Shown piece by piece: positions 25,456 through 37,344 of a stretch of DNA of 64,000 nucleotides. The stretch is from Marsupella aquatica (lineage: Eukaryota; Plantae; Marchantiophyta). The position numbers and the translations under genes are program-made. The stretch lies in contig OZ316893.1 of assembly GCA_973895155.1 (NCBI GenBank), positions 8,619,839-8,683,838 of the forward strand, given 5' to 3'. Position 1 is the first letter of the stretch; the number at the start of each line of letters is the position of its first letter. Below the pieces are notes generated by a model. It made no database searches and was not told the DNA's origin. It was given only the letters and a program-made list of their open reading frames with translations.

Positions 25456-26283
25456 TAAGAAAGGAACATTTTGGATGGATCTTACCTTGAATCAAAAGCA
25501 CGTGAACTGTGATTAGATAGAGAAGACTCCACTAAAGACCTGCATAAATTCTGAATAAACGAGCGACCACGAAATAATTCTACTTTCCTTTTGAGCCCTG
25601 GTACACTATCTAGCTTTAGGATGTTACATGGCTGATAGATTAATTAGCTCTGGTGAAAAAACAATGAAACTGCCCCCAAGGCCTTGTATCCTAACAAAGT
25701 GAGCAATACATTCATTGAGAAAGACAAGTTTGAAATACAAAAGGAGGGAAGAAGTTGAAGGACGAAGAATAGTGCTTGGAGGAATTCTCAAGTTGTAACT
25801 TTGTTATGCATGTGGACCTAGAAAAGCGATGGATATAACACTAAATGTTGTGATTAGATATAGTGTTGGTATACAAATAATTCAAACACTATTTCACAAG
25901 TGTACATGAAAAAATGTGTCATGTGTCGTCTAAATTAGTTTGCATGAAATGGGTGTAAGGTATATTGATGTCTTGCAACTAAAGTCTACTTCTGCTATTT
26001 ATATGACTTCCTGAGGACTCACCTACCATGGTCACATGAGTGACTTTTTGACTAGTCACTAACATGTCTTTATGTAATCTATAAAAATCTTGGGATTAAA
26101 TGTCTTGTAATTAGCATGACACCTATAGGCCACTAACAACTGAAGTATTGCCAGGTCACTTATAATTCAAAAAGAGATATTTTCTCTTAGTGTCATTTTA
26201 GCCAATGGTTCCCCATTGCTTCCTTGCTTCCCAGCTTGCATGTTTTACTAGTTAATCCATTATAATATTTCCAAGGGTAACTA

Positions 26284-28345
26284 CACTCTTTACAGTATGT
26301 AGTCTCACAGACTCTAATTACTGTGAGGTTATATTTGAGGTAAGTGACGGTAATTAGGGTGTGTGACACTAATATAGTATGACACTAATTGTGGTCACAA
26401 GTCAAATAGTGTCACACATACTTAAAGTTAAAAACAAAGAATGGACAATAGTTAAAATTTGCTTATAAAAAAGCTAAAAATGTGCACAATATTTGATTAC
26501 AATTTACAAAACTTACTACTCATTCAAACATTGAGAAAACTTCAGAAACTTATAACTCCTTTCATATAGCATGCTCATCCTGGAACATGCTTGCTCATCC
26601 TGGAACATGCTTTACATTTTGTCTTGTAGTGATATTAAGTGGACAAAATTAAAGAGTAAGACTAGAATACATATTAAATGTGAATGAAATCAAATAATAT
26701 AAATAAAGTACATACAATAAAAGCACATAGTGACCAATGGAAAGTACAATTTCATTACACAAAGTTGCTACGAGTTGTGCACAATGAAATCAAATAATAT
26801 CAATAAAGCTCATGCAATAAAAGCACATAGTGACCAATGGAAAGTACAATTCTATTACACAAAGATACTATGAGTTGTGCACTTATTTCAGTGTGTCTTA
26901 TTAATGACTCTTATTCAATAAAAACCATAAACTTAGGAAAGAAAGACACAAGGGGAGCTTAAGACAAGATGTGCTGACATTTCTTAGAATCATTCCTCTC
27001 ACTCATGAGTATACTTAAAAGCGGTAGAAAATGAAACCCTTAGTTTTCTCTCTAGGACTTAACGAAGTTTACAAATCATACAAATTAAGGGGGCTGCCAA
27101 AATAAATTCAAAACACTATAGAATACCAAAAATTTAAAGGGGTCCAAAAATGAATTAAAAGTCTATGTGATACAAAGGATGCCCCTTGTTAAGGTACATT
27201 CAAATAAAAATTCATGATACACAAATATGAATAAGACAAAACATGAGAGTTGGATTCACCATATAGCAGCTTCAAAAATTTAGCTTCAGAAACTTATAAC
27301 TCCTTTCATATACTACTCAAATATTGAGCAAACTTCAGAAATTTATAACTCCTCCTCACATTTGCAGTTTGGGGTACTCTTGAAACACATTGAGCAAACA
27401 AGATCTCTTTGATTCACTTTAATCAACTATGAATAGTAGATGTTGTCTCACATAAGCTACAAACTAACATTTTTTCACTCTCCTACAATCTGTCCCATGT
27501 GTCTCATCCTTGCAAGACATTGTACAGCCCCAAGAGAAGAGGGTTGAGCTGGCTCTTCACCTGGGTCACCAATATCAGGAGCCACTTCAACAGTAGCATC
27601 ACTGTCAAGGCCAACTCGACTCCTTTAAAACTTCACTCGATATTTCGTTATGATATTCTGAAGCTCAGGTGTAAGTTGATTTTCAGACTATAAACCATTG
27701 ACATTTAGAGACAAACTGGTGTTTATCATTGAATTTTGTGCATAAGACATGTCATGTCTGTCAACAGAACTGTTCACCTCAGCTACAAAGTCCCTTGCCA
27801 ATGTCAAAAATCAATGTTTGCCTTCATGTTTGCCTGGATTTATCAATTTCCCAGATGTGCCCTGTGTCCCAATCCCCACATTTTTTAAGTCTTCATTTAC
27901 CATTTTTTGAAATGCAACGAGGATAACCCAAACGAGATGCAAACTAATTACCAGTGACATTTTCGTATAGTTGTGATTCTCTTTCCCTTGTGCTAGCAAA
28001 TCCAACTATGACGGCCAATCCATTCCCACCATGTTATAAATCTATCAACCTCCTTTCACAAAGACTAACAAGATAAAACACAAAGAAACTTTCTAAGAAA
28101 TACACACAAAGAGATATTGTTGGTAGTTTGGATAACTTTGGAGTGAGAGCAGTTTAGGGTAATAACAGTGTCACCTCTAATTATCAGTATTTTTCAATAT
28201 ATAATTTATTTTTCAAAATTAAGGGTGGCGGTATATAGTGTCACTTGGCTGAAAATCAAGAGCTACCCCTAATTAGTGTGTGTGCGTGTGACACTATTTG
28301 TTAGTGACACTAATTGTTTTGTGACACTAAATACTGTAAAGAGTG
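26284..28345. mobile_element. Non-autonomous CACT-ended (CMC/EnSpm-like) element, ~2.06 kb
   Basis: TIR CACTCTTTACAGTAT(G/T)TAGT(C/G)TCACA at both ends; GTGACACTAAT subterminal repeats; flanked by TA on both sides (C-TA...TA-G). Confidence 0.8.
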
Positions 28346-31289
28346 TAGGTAGAAAAGTGAACAGCCGCATTTGTTCAATTCACAAAAAACATTATGTTTT
28401 ATTTAGTTATCCCAAACTATAATACAAGGTTGCGGTTTTTTTTCCATGGTCGTCATTCAAATATGGCGGCCTGTTTTCAGTGGGAACAAAGCAAATTGGG
28501 GAAAAAGGGAGCAAGAGCCGCAAATCAAAAAAGATTGCGCTGAGTAAATGGCATATAGCGCGAGGTGGCAACCAAGCGCGGGAATTCAGGGAGATGAGTC
28601 CCTGCATTGTCATTCAATGCACCTCGATTCTCCCCCATAGCCCACCGGAATACTCTCTCCATTTTTGTGTCTCACTGCAGTTTCAGGCCAGCCCCATTTT
28701 TGGGTCCCCCTTCAATTTTGAGGAGGGCACAGATTTTTGAGGAGTTCTAATGCTTGACATTTTTAACTTATTCAAAAATGACATAAAACTATAATATCAA
28801 TTTTAAAAATATGAATATATTTTTTAAGATAAAATATAAAATTATTCTAAAATATTTAATGGTAATGAGCATGGAGAATTGACGCATAGAACTAGTGTGT
28901 GACCTAGTGGTATTGGAGCTCAGTTGAGACTACGAGGTGATGTGTTCAAGGCACATGACAGGCAACTTTTCTTTCCTTTGATTGAGAATGAACGTTAGAG
29001 GGGGCGAGGGTGTCCAATTGTATTTGAAAATAGAAATGGCAAATGAGATATATATGAGGGGTTCAAGTAATTTGGAGATAGAAAAAATAACAAAGGAGAC
29101 ACCCATCAGAGCCAGGCATAAAAATGAAATTAGTACGAGGACCCCTTGAGACAGATAAACTTGAATACATTCAACAAATTGGATCAATGAAAGAACACTC
29201 TTGCCCATCCCTTCATTCATAGTGGAAATGAGAGCTACGGGTATATATATCTGGAGTTGTGGTTTAAGGGTTTCCCAATCTGCAAGACATTTGCCTACTC
29301 CATCTATTAGTAGGAGGAATTGCCAAATAATGTAAGTAGCAGGATTTGTTTGTAACTTGCAAGAGGGATTTAATATATCTACTAAATTCACCAAAAACTG
29401 GCTTGGGTGAGGGGGCAAATTGCCAGATCTAAGAGTATAAGGGTAGCCATTAGCTTTGTCATGTTATCTCAAGTCATCAAGCCATTCCCTTTGTCATCTC
29501 AAGCTATCTAAAACGTACCATCTACAACTTACTGCGGTTACCAGTGCTTGGAAACCCAACAGTTTGTTTTTACTTTATCAAATATTTATTACAAAACTTT
29601 GGAAACCCAACAATTTGTTACTTCACCAAATACTTATTACAAAAACTTGGAAGCCCAACAGTTTGTTTCTACTTCCTCTAGCAATGTTTATTTAAAAATC
29701 TTTTAAAATTAGAAAAATCTAACATTTAATGAAAAACACTGATATATCAATTCTAGAACTTCCAAGTGTTAATTACTCTTTACCTCATTGTTTGTTTCAA
29801 CTTTACTCTTCAGTTTTTTTATCATTTTTACAGTTACCGGGATTGACAGTTTTTTTTGCCTTGTCACAAACACAAACCATCAGGTTTTGTTCTTCTTTCA
29901 CATCTAGATTTTCTTGTTTGTGGCCATTCCTGCTGATGTGGCTCAACGTGGTGCCAGGGATTTTGGAAGGAACTTCCCATGGGGGTCTGTAAATAATGTC
30001 CAAAAAAATTGGACTTGGGGATATGAACCAAGGATGCGCCATATAGTAGCAACAAAAAAGTTGAGGAGACATGATCACATAAAAAACCATTTATCTCCTA
30101 AACCATTTATGGTAAGCACACATCTTATTGTATAAGAAGCAAAACTTTAATCATGAAATTTGTTTTCAAATCAATAGAAAACCTAGAAGCCAACGGCAGT
30201 CTACCACCCTACAATTAATCACTCAATCACGTATATTTTCTACATACAAGGTTGGAAATAGTCTAAGTTGGCTACCCTGGGAAACAAGTGTACCAAAGGT
30301 GCTGTGTTTGACACATTTGTCAAGACACTCAAAGAATTCAGACCCATGCTTGCACCTTGCAAACTTTCAAAACCTGTCAATTGGAGCACACTTACCACTC
30401 CTGGCCCTGTTGTCTTCTCTACCACACTTTTGGACTTCATAGGGGCCTTCTGCTGGGTTGGTTTTTGTGCCTTTTTCATAGGGGCTTTCGTTTGTCTTAC
30501 TGGTTTCTCAGCTTGTTGCACAAGGCTTTTCTTCTCTTGTCAACACCACCTCTAATATTGTTTGCCTTTTGACTTCTAACCTCTTTTGTTGGCTTCTTGT
30601 GCTAACCTCTTTTGTTCGATTCTTCCTAAAACTGAAAGCAACTACCCACCAGGAACATGATTGGCACCTCACAACAATGGGCAGGTATAGGAAATTAACA
30701 AAAGAGGTTAATTTATCTCCCTGGCTCTCATGGGTGTTTCCTTTGTTATTTTTGCTATCTGCAAACTACTTGAATCATATATATCTCATTTACCATATTC
30801 ATTTTCAAATACAAATACAATACTCCATGCTCGTTTTCGTCAATCCAATCCAAAGATATGCTAATCGAAGTTCAGGTGGATTGTGCTGCAAAAAAATTGA
30901 TTTTTTGGCAGAAAAATTGCATTTTCTTTGGGGAAAACACGACTTGAATGTAGTGGCTATGGAGGCAAGAGAGGGAGTGGAGGGGAGGGGAGAATATGGA
31001 GGGGGAAGTCATGATTCTCACAAGCTACTCCACGCTCATTTTGACCTACCCGATGCAAAGATATATGACACGAAAGTTGAAGGTCTATTGTCATTGTCAA
31101 CTCCCGTTTCCTTTGGCAAAATTGCAAATCCTGTATTCAAATCGCATTTTCTTTGGGAAAAACGTGAGTGCAATGTTTGTGTTTTGCTCCTACCCTAAAA
31201 GCAAGGATTAGGAGGCGACGGGATTGATAGGAACGAACCAAGAATATCAGGGACAGGTTTTCAACAGTGGGAGAGGGCGGGCAGGGGTG

Positions 31290-31713
31290 TGTTGGGTATT
31301 TACTCTTACGTCTAGGTTAGGTATGACGTGGTTGGTACAACAACGTGGGTTGGTACAACTACGTGGTTAGGTACAACTACGTGATTAGGTACAACTATGT
31401 GGTTAGGTACAACTACGTGATTAGGTACAACTATGTGGTTAGGTACAACTAAGTTGCACACTATATCATAAGAGGCATGTGTGCTTGAACAGGTCCCAGA
31501 ACCAAGGCTCATTGTTATGGAGCCACTTGAGAGATAGGGAGAGCTTACACTGTGGAGACTCGGTATAGCCGACGGGCTTAGAGTTCAGTAAAGCTCTCTT
31601 GTGTGTTCCCGTGGACGTAGCCTCAAGGAGGTGAACCACGTATCTCTTGTGTCGACTATTGTGCGTTGGATGGTTCATGGGCTTGCCGTTGCGATCGTCG
31701 TCTATGCTCAACA
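31290..31713 (+). repeat. 5' LTR (424 bp)
   Basis: By eye, identical to 36607-37030 except one C/T (GGACGTAG vs GGATGTAG); internal 18-bp tandem repeats. Confidence 0.97.
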
Positions 31714-31715
31714 AT

Positions 31716-31727
31716 TGGTATCAGAGC
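31716..31727 (+). other. Primer-binding site, tRNA-iMet type
   Basis: TGGTATCAGAGC two bases after the 5' LTR. Confidence 0.93.
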
Positions 31728-32137
31728 ATGCTTGGGAGGTGACGTGTGTTCGTGACGGGATTTCATGACGGTTTTTCCAGCGTTGAGTGTTGGTGGATTA
31801 TCCAGAGTTCCATCGCATGGAACTTGGAGTTTATGGGCTCAACGGATAGATCAGGGCAAGAACTTTCTAACGGTGTGAAGAAATCATTGAACGGAGCTCG
31901 TGGTGCAGAGAGATCTAAGTTTTCGTTGTTCTGGATTTTGTGAAGAAAGTTGGCAATCGACTCGGAGGGAGAAGCGTCAAGTGTTTTGACTCAACGGAGA
32001 GATTGAGGCAAGACGATTGTTTTTGAGTCCGGGATTGGCTCTTTGATGCAAAGAGGAAGGCTAAGCAAAATCAATTACCTTGTTGGACTTGGTGACGGCA
32101 CCAAGTGCAATTGATCAACATTCGTTGTTGACAAGAC

Positions 32138-33142
32138 GTGGAACTTGAAGCACGAGGATCACCGCGGAGGTTTCAGGGGCAGAGAGAGGAGCAGGAGGAA
32201 GAGCACGTGACACCGATACCATCACCGGTGCGGCGTGTGGTGGAGGAAGCAGTACTACTACCGGAGCTCACGGTAAAGAAGAAGATGGGGACTTTCAAGC
32301 TTGGGGGACCCAAGTATGAAGTGACAAAGTATGATGGGCGCTCTGACTACTTGCTATGGGAGAAGCAGGTGAAGGGAGTGCTTTATGCGTCAGGGATGGG
32401 CCAACTGCTGAGCCCTCGTGAAGACGATGTTGATGAGAAACAATGGGACCGCATGCAGGAGCAGGGAGTGTGGTGTGTTACACTCTATCTCATGCCTCCC
32501 ATCATCAAGCAGTTAGGTGCACATAAGGATTGCATGTCCTTGTTTGCGGAATTGCAGAGCAAGTATCACCGCAAGGAGTTGTCGAACCGGCTCTACACTT
32601 CCTACAAACTGATGAGTTTCAGGATGAAGGAATCTGGTACGAAGTTGCAAGACCATGTGGATGCTTTCAACGACATGGTCGTTGACTTGGAAAACCTTGG
32701 GGAGACTTTGAATGATGAGACGAAGGCTCTGCAGCTTCTTAGTTCATTGCCTCCATCTTACTAGTCCCTATCACGAGTGTTGTTGCATCGTGATAGGGAT
32801 ACCATTTCATACAATGACGTGGTAAGTTCTCTGCTTAGTGATGATCTTCAGCAGAAGATGCACATCACGTCACAGCCTTCATCATCTGGAGCTGCCCTCA
32901 ATGTTAACCGTGGGAGGAGTATGCAGCGACCAACTGGGGACCGTAGAACCCAATTTAGATCTAAATCCAGATCTAAGTCCAAGGGTAAATCCCCTCAGAG
33001 GAGGCAGGTGACATGTTGGAAGTGCAACCAAGTTGGACACTTCAAGCGAGACTGTAAGGGAAAGGCAGCGGAAACTTCATCGGCAAATGTGGCTAGGGCT
33101 GATGGAGAAGCTGATTTACTCAATGATGAGTATGTTTTATGA
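32138..33142 (+). pseudogene. gag: Copia Gag with CCHC zinc knuckle, interrupted by an in-frame TAG at 32762-32764
   Basis: KYDGRSDYLLW...LLSSLPPSY*...CWKCNQVGHFKRDC; both ORF pieces are in the same frame. Confidence 0.9.
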
Positions 33143-36100
33143 AGCCGGGGGTATGCCCTGTGCACGTCATCTAGGAGAGCAGATGATGTGTGGATTCTTG
33201 ATTGTGCTTGCTCTTTTCATATTTGTTACATTCGTGAGTTTTTCAGTTCTTACTCTGTTTCAAACGGTTCAGTTCTGATGAGAAATGATCACTCCTGTCA
33301 AATTGAGGGAATTGGGTCTGTGAAGATTCAAATGTTTGATGGCGCTGTGCGCACAGTGTCCGGAGTCAGGTATGTACCTGGCATGCGTAAGAATCTGATT
33401 TCACTCGGTGTGTTGGATTCAAATGGTCATCAATGGAGCGTTATTGATGGTGAACTTCAAGTCAGGTCGGGAGAGACAGTGATTTTGAAGGGGAGTAGAC
33501 AAAAGAATTTGTATGTATTACAGGGCAATACTGTATGTGGAGAGGCCAATGTAACCAAGTCTCACGAGGAGATGACTCAACTGTGGCATTCACGGCTAGG
33601 CCACATGAGTGAGAAGGGTTTGGCTATCTTACGGAAGAATGGACTCATTTCTGATTTGCAATCTTGTAAATTAGAGTTTTGTGAGCATTGCATTCTTGGA
33701 AAGCAGCATCGTCGTGCTTTTGGTGTTGGAACTCATCGTTCCAAAGCGGTTCTTGAGTACATACATAGTGACGTGTGGGGTCCATCCCCGACTCCCTCAC
33801 ACTCTGGAAAGTTGTACTATGTATCATTTATTGATGATTACTCAAGATTTGTGTGGATTTATTTCATGACGCATAAGTCTGATGTCTTGTCCATTTTTAA
33901 GAAGTGGAAGGCCCAGGTGGAGAATCAGACTGGAAACACGATCAAGTGTTTGGATACAAGGGTGAAGAGTCTGAGGTCAGACAACGGCGGGGAGTACACT
34001 TCAATGGAATTTGAAGAGTACTGTTCAGAACAGGGGATAACTTGCCATCTCACCACAGTTTATACTCCGCAGCAGAATGGTGTCGCTGAGAGGCTCAATC
34101 GGACACTGTTGGAGCGGTCATGGAGTATGTTGAGCCAATCAGGTTTACCACAAGAATTTTGGGCAGAAGCTGTCAATACCGCAGCTTATTTGGTAAATCT
34201 TTCTCCTTCTAGTGCTATCAATTTCAAAACGCCGTTTGAGATGCGCTATAAGCGGCAAGCAGACTATCATGGCTTGGTAATTTTTGGAAGTGATGCATAT
34301 GCTCTCACACCAAAGCAGAATAGGACCAAGTTGGATCCTACCTCCAGGAAATGTGTTTTTCTTGGGTACCAGAGTGGTGTGAAAGCCTATAGGCTATGGG
34401 ATCCTATTGCCTGTAAGCTCGTTGTCAGTAGGGATGTTTCCTTCAATGAATCCAGATTATTGAAGGAGGGGGAGAATACTCAGGTCTCCCGTACTGACAA
34501 AGGAAAATCTCCTATCCCGGATCTCGTTGAGGGGGAGATTGGTTATGAGGTGCATGACCGGAGAGAAGGAGTTGCTCCAATTATGGAGCTGGTTCCTATG
34601 CCAGAGGAACCAGAGGAGTTTGTTGATGCTGGTGAGCAACAAGTGGATGCTGTTGAGCTTCAAATTGTACCAGCACACGCAGATCAACCGGAGTCATCGG
34701 CTAGAAGAACATCTGGTCGCACTGTACGCGCTCCATCAAGGTATGGACAGTGGGTTGATTCATCTCAACTGCAAGAGGATGATTTTACAGCTGATGATGA
34801 GGGTGATGCGTTAATTTTGGAAGAAGGAGAACCTTCTTCATTTCATGAGGCAAGTGCTTCAAAAGAGAAGCAGAAGTGGACTGCAGCAATGCAAACGGAG
34901 ATGCAGTCACTAAAGGACAACAAAACTTGGGAGCTTGTTAAGCTGCCTAAGGGTCAGCAAGTGGTGGACAGCAAGTGGATTTACAAGCTGAAGGATAATT
35001 CCATAGGAGGTGGATCGAAGGTCTACAAGGCTAGATTGGTAGCAAAGGGATTCACACAAGAGAAAGGTGTGGATTACAATGAGGTCTTCTCACCAGTTGC
35101 TAAGTACTCTACAATACGACTATTGTGTGTACTTGTTGTAATGTTTGGTCTGCTCCTAGATCAGATGGATGTTGTCACAGCTTTCCTCTATGCCACATTG
35201 GAAGAGGTGATCTTCATGAGACAACCGCTAGGTTTTGTGAAGAGAGGACAAGAGGAATTGGTTTGCAAATTGCTGAAATCCTTGTATGGGTTGAAGCAGT
35301 CACCAAGACAGTGGAACAAGCGGTTTGACGATTGGATTCGGTCACAAGGTTTTCACAGAAGTGTATTTGACCCTTGTGTGTATTTGAAACCGGTGAAGAA
35401 TGTTGTCTTTGGGTTCATTGTTTTAGTACTTTATGTGGATGACATGCTAATTGCAGCCAAGGATAGGTCTGAGATTGTTAAGCTCAAGGCACTGCTTAGT
35501 GCAGAGTTTAAGATGAAGGACTTAGGGCCAGCTAAGAGGATTTTGGGTATGGAGATCACTAGGGACTTGGAGGCTGGCAAGCTATGGTTGACGCAGAGCA
35601 GTTATGCGAGGAAGGTAATTGCAAGGTTCAACATGGAGAATAGCAAGCCAGTAAGTACCCCGTTGGCTCCACACTTCAAGTTATCATCAGCGTTCTGTCC
35701 TACGGATGACACAGAGAAGGGGTTGATGTCAAAGGTTCCATATGACAAGGCAGTGGGGAGTCTCATGTATTTGATGACTTGCACTAGACCTGATCTTGCC
35801 ATGGCTATGGGCAAGGTGAGCAGGTACATGTCGAATCCAGGGAAGGTACACTGGGAAGCAGTGAAGTGGATTATCAGGTACTTGAAGGGTACCGTGGATC
35901 ATGGTCTTTTATTTGATGCGAATGCAAAGAATGCTAGATCATTGATTGGCTATGTAGATTCTGACTATGGACAAGATTTGGACCGAAGGAGATCAACAAC
36001 AGGATACGTGTTCACACTTGGCGGTGGATGCATAAGTTGGAGGTCTACTTTGCAGAAGTGTATTGCTCAGTCTACTACAGAAGCGGAGTATGTTGCAGCT

Positions 36101-36415
36101 GCGGAAGCAGCAAAGGAAGCGATTTGGTTGGATAGACTTATCACTGAAATGGGATTGCCACAGGGGAATGTGAAGCTCCATTGTGATAGTCAAAGTGCGC
36201 TCCACCTTGCTGTGAACCAGGTGATGGACAGCAGAGTGAAGCACATTGACGTCAGGTACCATTTTATCAGGCAGGCTGTGTCTGATAATTTGTTTGAGCT
36301 AGTCAAGATTGATGGTAAACTCAACCCGGCTAACGCATTTACCAAAGTGATTCCTTTGGAGAGTTTCTCTAGACACCGTGACGTATTGCAGGTTTTGCAA
36401 TTGCATCACAAGTAG
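33143..36415 (+). CDS. pol: Copia Pol (protease, integrase, reverse transcriptase, RNase H)
   Basis: WILDCACSFH, LWHSRLGH/CEHC, HSDVWGP, LRSDNGGEY, PQQNGVAER, LYVDDML, YVDSD, STTEAEY, KHIDVRYH; same frame as gag, after a TGA. Confidence 0.95.
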   Translation, partial: SRGYALCTSSRRADDVWILDCACSFHICYIREFFSSYSVSNGSVLMRNDHSCQIEGIGSVKIQMFDGAVRTVSGVRYVPGMRKNLISLGVLDSNGHQWSVIDGELQVRSGETVILKGSRQKNLYVLQGNTVCGEANVTKSHEEMTQLWHSRLGHMSEKGLAILRKNGLISDLQSCKLEFCEHCILGKQHRRAFGVGTHRSKAVLEYIHSDVWGPSPTPSHSGKLYYVSFIDDYSRFVWIYFMTHKSDVLSIFKKWKAQVENQTGNTIKCLDTRVKSLRSDNGGEYTSMEFEEYCSEQGITCHLTTVYTPQQNGVAERLNRTLLERSWSMLSQSGLPQEFWAEAVNTAAYLVNLSPSSAINFKTPFEMRYKRQADYHGLVIFGSDAYALTPKQNRTKLDPTSRKCVFLGYQSGVKAYRLWDPIACKLVVSRDVSFNESRLLKEGENTQVSRTDKGKSPIPDLVEGEIGYEVHDRREGVAPIMELVPMPEEPEEFVDAGEQQVDAVELQIVPAHADQPESSARRTSGRTVRAPSRYGQWVDSSQLQEDDFTADDEGDALILEEGEPSSFHEASASKEKQKWTAAMQTEMQSLKDNKTWELVKLPKGQQVVDSKWIYKLKDNSIGGGSKVYKARLVAKGFTQEKGVDYNEVFSPVAKYSTIRLLCVLVVMFGLLLDQMDVVTAFLYATLEEVIFMRQPLGFVKRGQEELVCKLLKSLYGLKQSPRQWNKRFDDWIRSQGFHRSVFDPCVYLKPVKNVVFGFIVLVLYVDDMLIAAKDRSEIVKLKALLSAEFKMKDLGPAKRILGMEITRDLEAGKLWLTQSSYARKVIARFNMENSKPVSTPLAPHFKLSSAFCPTDDTEKGLMSKVPYDKAVGSLMYLMTCTRPDLAMAMGKVSRYMSNPGKVHWEAVKWIIRYLKGTVDHGLLFDANAKNARSLIGYVDSDYGQDLDRRRSTTGYVFTLGGGCISWRSTLQKCIAQSTTEAEYVAAAEAAKEAIWLDRLITEMGLPQGNVKLHCDSQSALHLAVNQVMDSRVKHIDVRYHFIRQAVSDNLFELVKIDGKLNPANAFTKVIPLESFSRHRDVLQVLQLHHK

Positions 36416-36606
36416 AGTTTTCTTAAACAGTCATTGTAATTATTGATATATGCTCTTCCTCATTCCTATGTATTAGGCTACGGCTTAGTTCTGGTTTGCT
36501 CTAGTTAGAGAGGGAAACCGGTTTGGTTTCTGTCCAGAACTTCCCGCTGAGGGATCATATACATTGGCAGTATTACTCTCCCCTAGACCAGAGTCAAGGG
36601 GAAGAT

Positions 36607-37030
36607 TGTTGGGTATTTACTCTTACGTCTAGGTTAGGTATGACGTGGTTGGTACAACAACGTGGGTTGGTACAACTACGTGGTTAGGTACAACTACGTG
36701 ATTAGGTACAACTATGTGGTTAGGTACAACTACGTGATTAGGTACAACTATGTGGTTAGGTACAACTAAGTTGCACACTATATCATAAGAGGCATGTGTG
36801 CTTGAACAGGTCCCAGAACCAAGGCTCATTGTTATGGAGCCACTTGAGAGATAGGGAGAGCTTACACTGTGGAGACTCGGTATAGCCGACGGGCTTAGAG
36901 TTCAGTAAAGCTCTCTTGTGTGTTCCCGTGGATGTAGCCTCAAGGAGGTGAACCACGTATCTCTTGTGTCGACTATTGTGCGTTGGATGGTTCATGGGCT
37001 TGCCGTTGCGATCGTCGTCTATGCTCAACA
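36607..37030 (+). repeat. 3' LTR (424 bp)
   Basis: TGTTGGG...CTCAACA followed by the TSD GGGTG. Confidence 0.97.
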
Positions 37031-37344
37031 GGGTGAGCTCACACTAGGCAACGAACCCCTTCAGCTGGGGCAGAACAAGGTGGGTAAGGATTTTTGATGG
37101 AAATCCCCGCCATTGGATGCAGACATGTGGCATGATTTTGGTCGTCGGATGAGTATGAGTTAACCATAGGTGGTTAACTTAACCACTACTGCAAAAAGGT
37201 GGCATTCTAGTAAATAATCTAAAAACCATGGCAAGGTAGTAATTTTGCAAAAAAAGAGTGGCAAAATAGTAAATCTCAGTTCTTATAATATGTAGGCTTG
37301 AGTGGATGGTTGAATATTTTTAGAACTATTTTGTGATTGTACAG

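Larger units (their letters stand above)
31290..37030 (+). mobile_element. Full-length Ty1/copia LTR retrotransposon (5741 bp)
   Basis: Two 424-bp LTRs (TG...CA), 5-bp TSD GGGTG (31285-31289, 37031-37035), PBS, PPT AAGGGGAAGA at ~36596-36605, gag-PR-INT-RT-RH order. Confidence 0.98.

Noticed and set aside
30569-31198. 209-aa plus-strand ORF
   Set aside because: Non-ATG start, no recognisable domain, crosses apparent repeat boundaries
31312-31512. VVPNH-repeat ORFs here and at 36629-36829
   Set aside because: Antisense translation of the 18-bp LTR repeats
37190-37277. MULE-like TIR end (GGCAAAATAGTAAATCTC) of an element hosting the copia
   Set aside because: No matching left TIR or TSD found, so boundaries are unsupported
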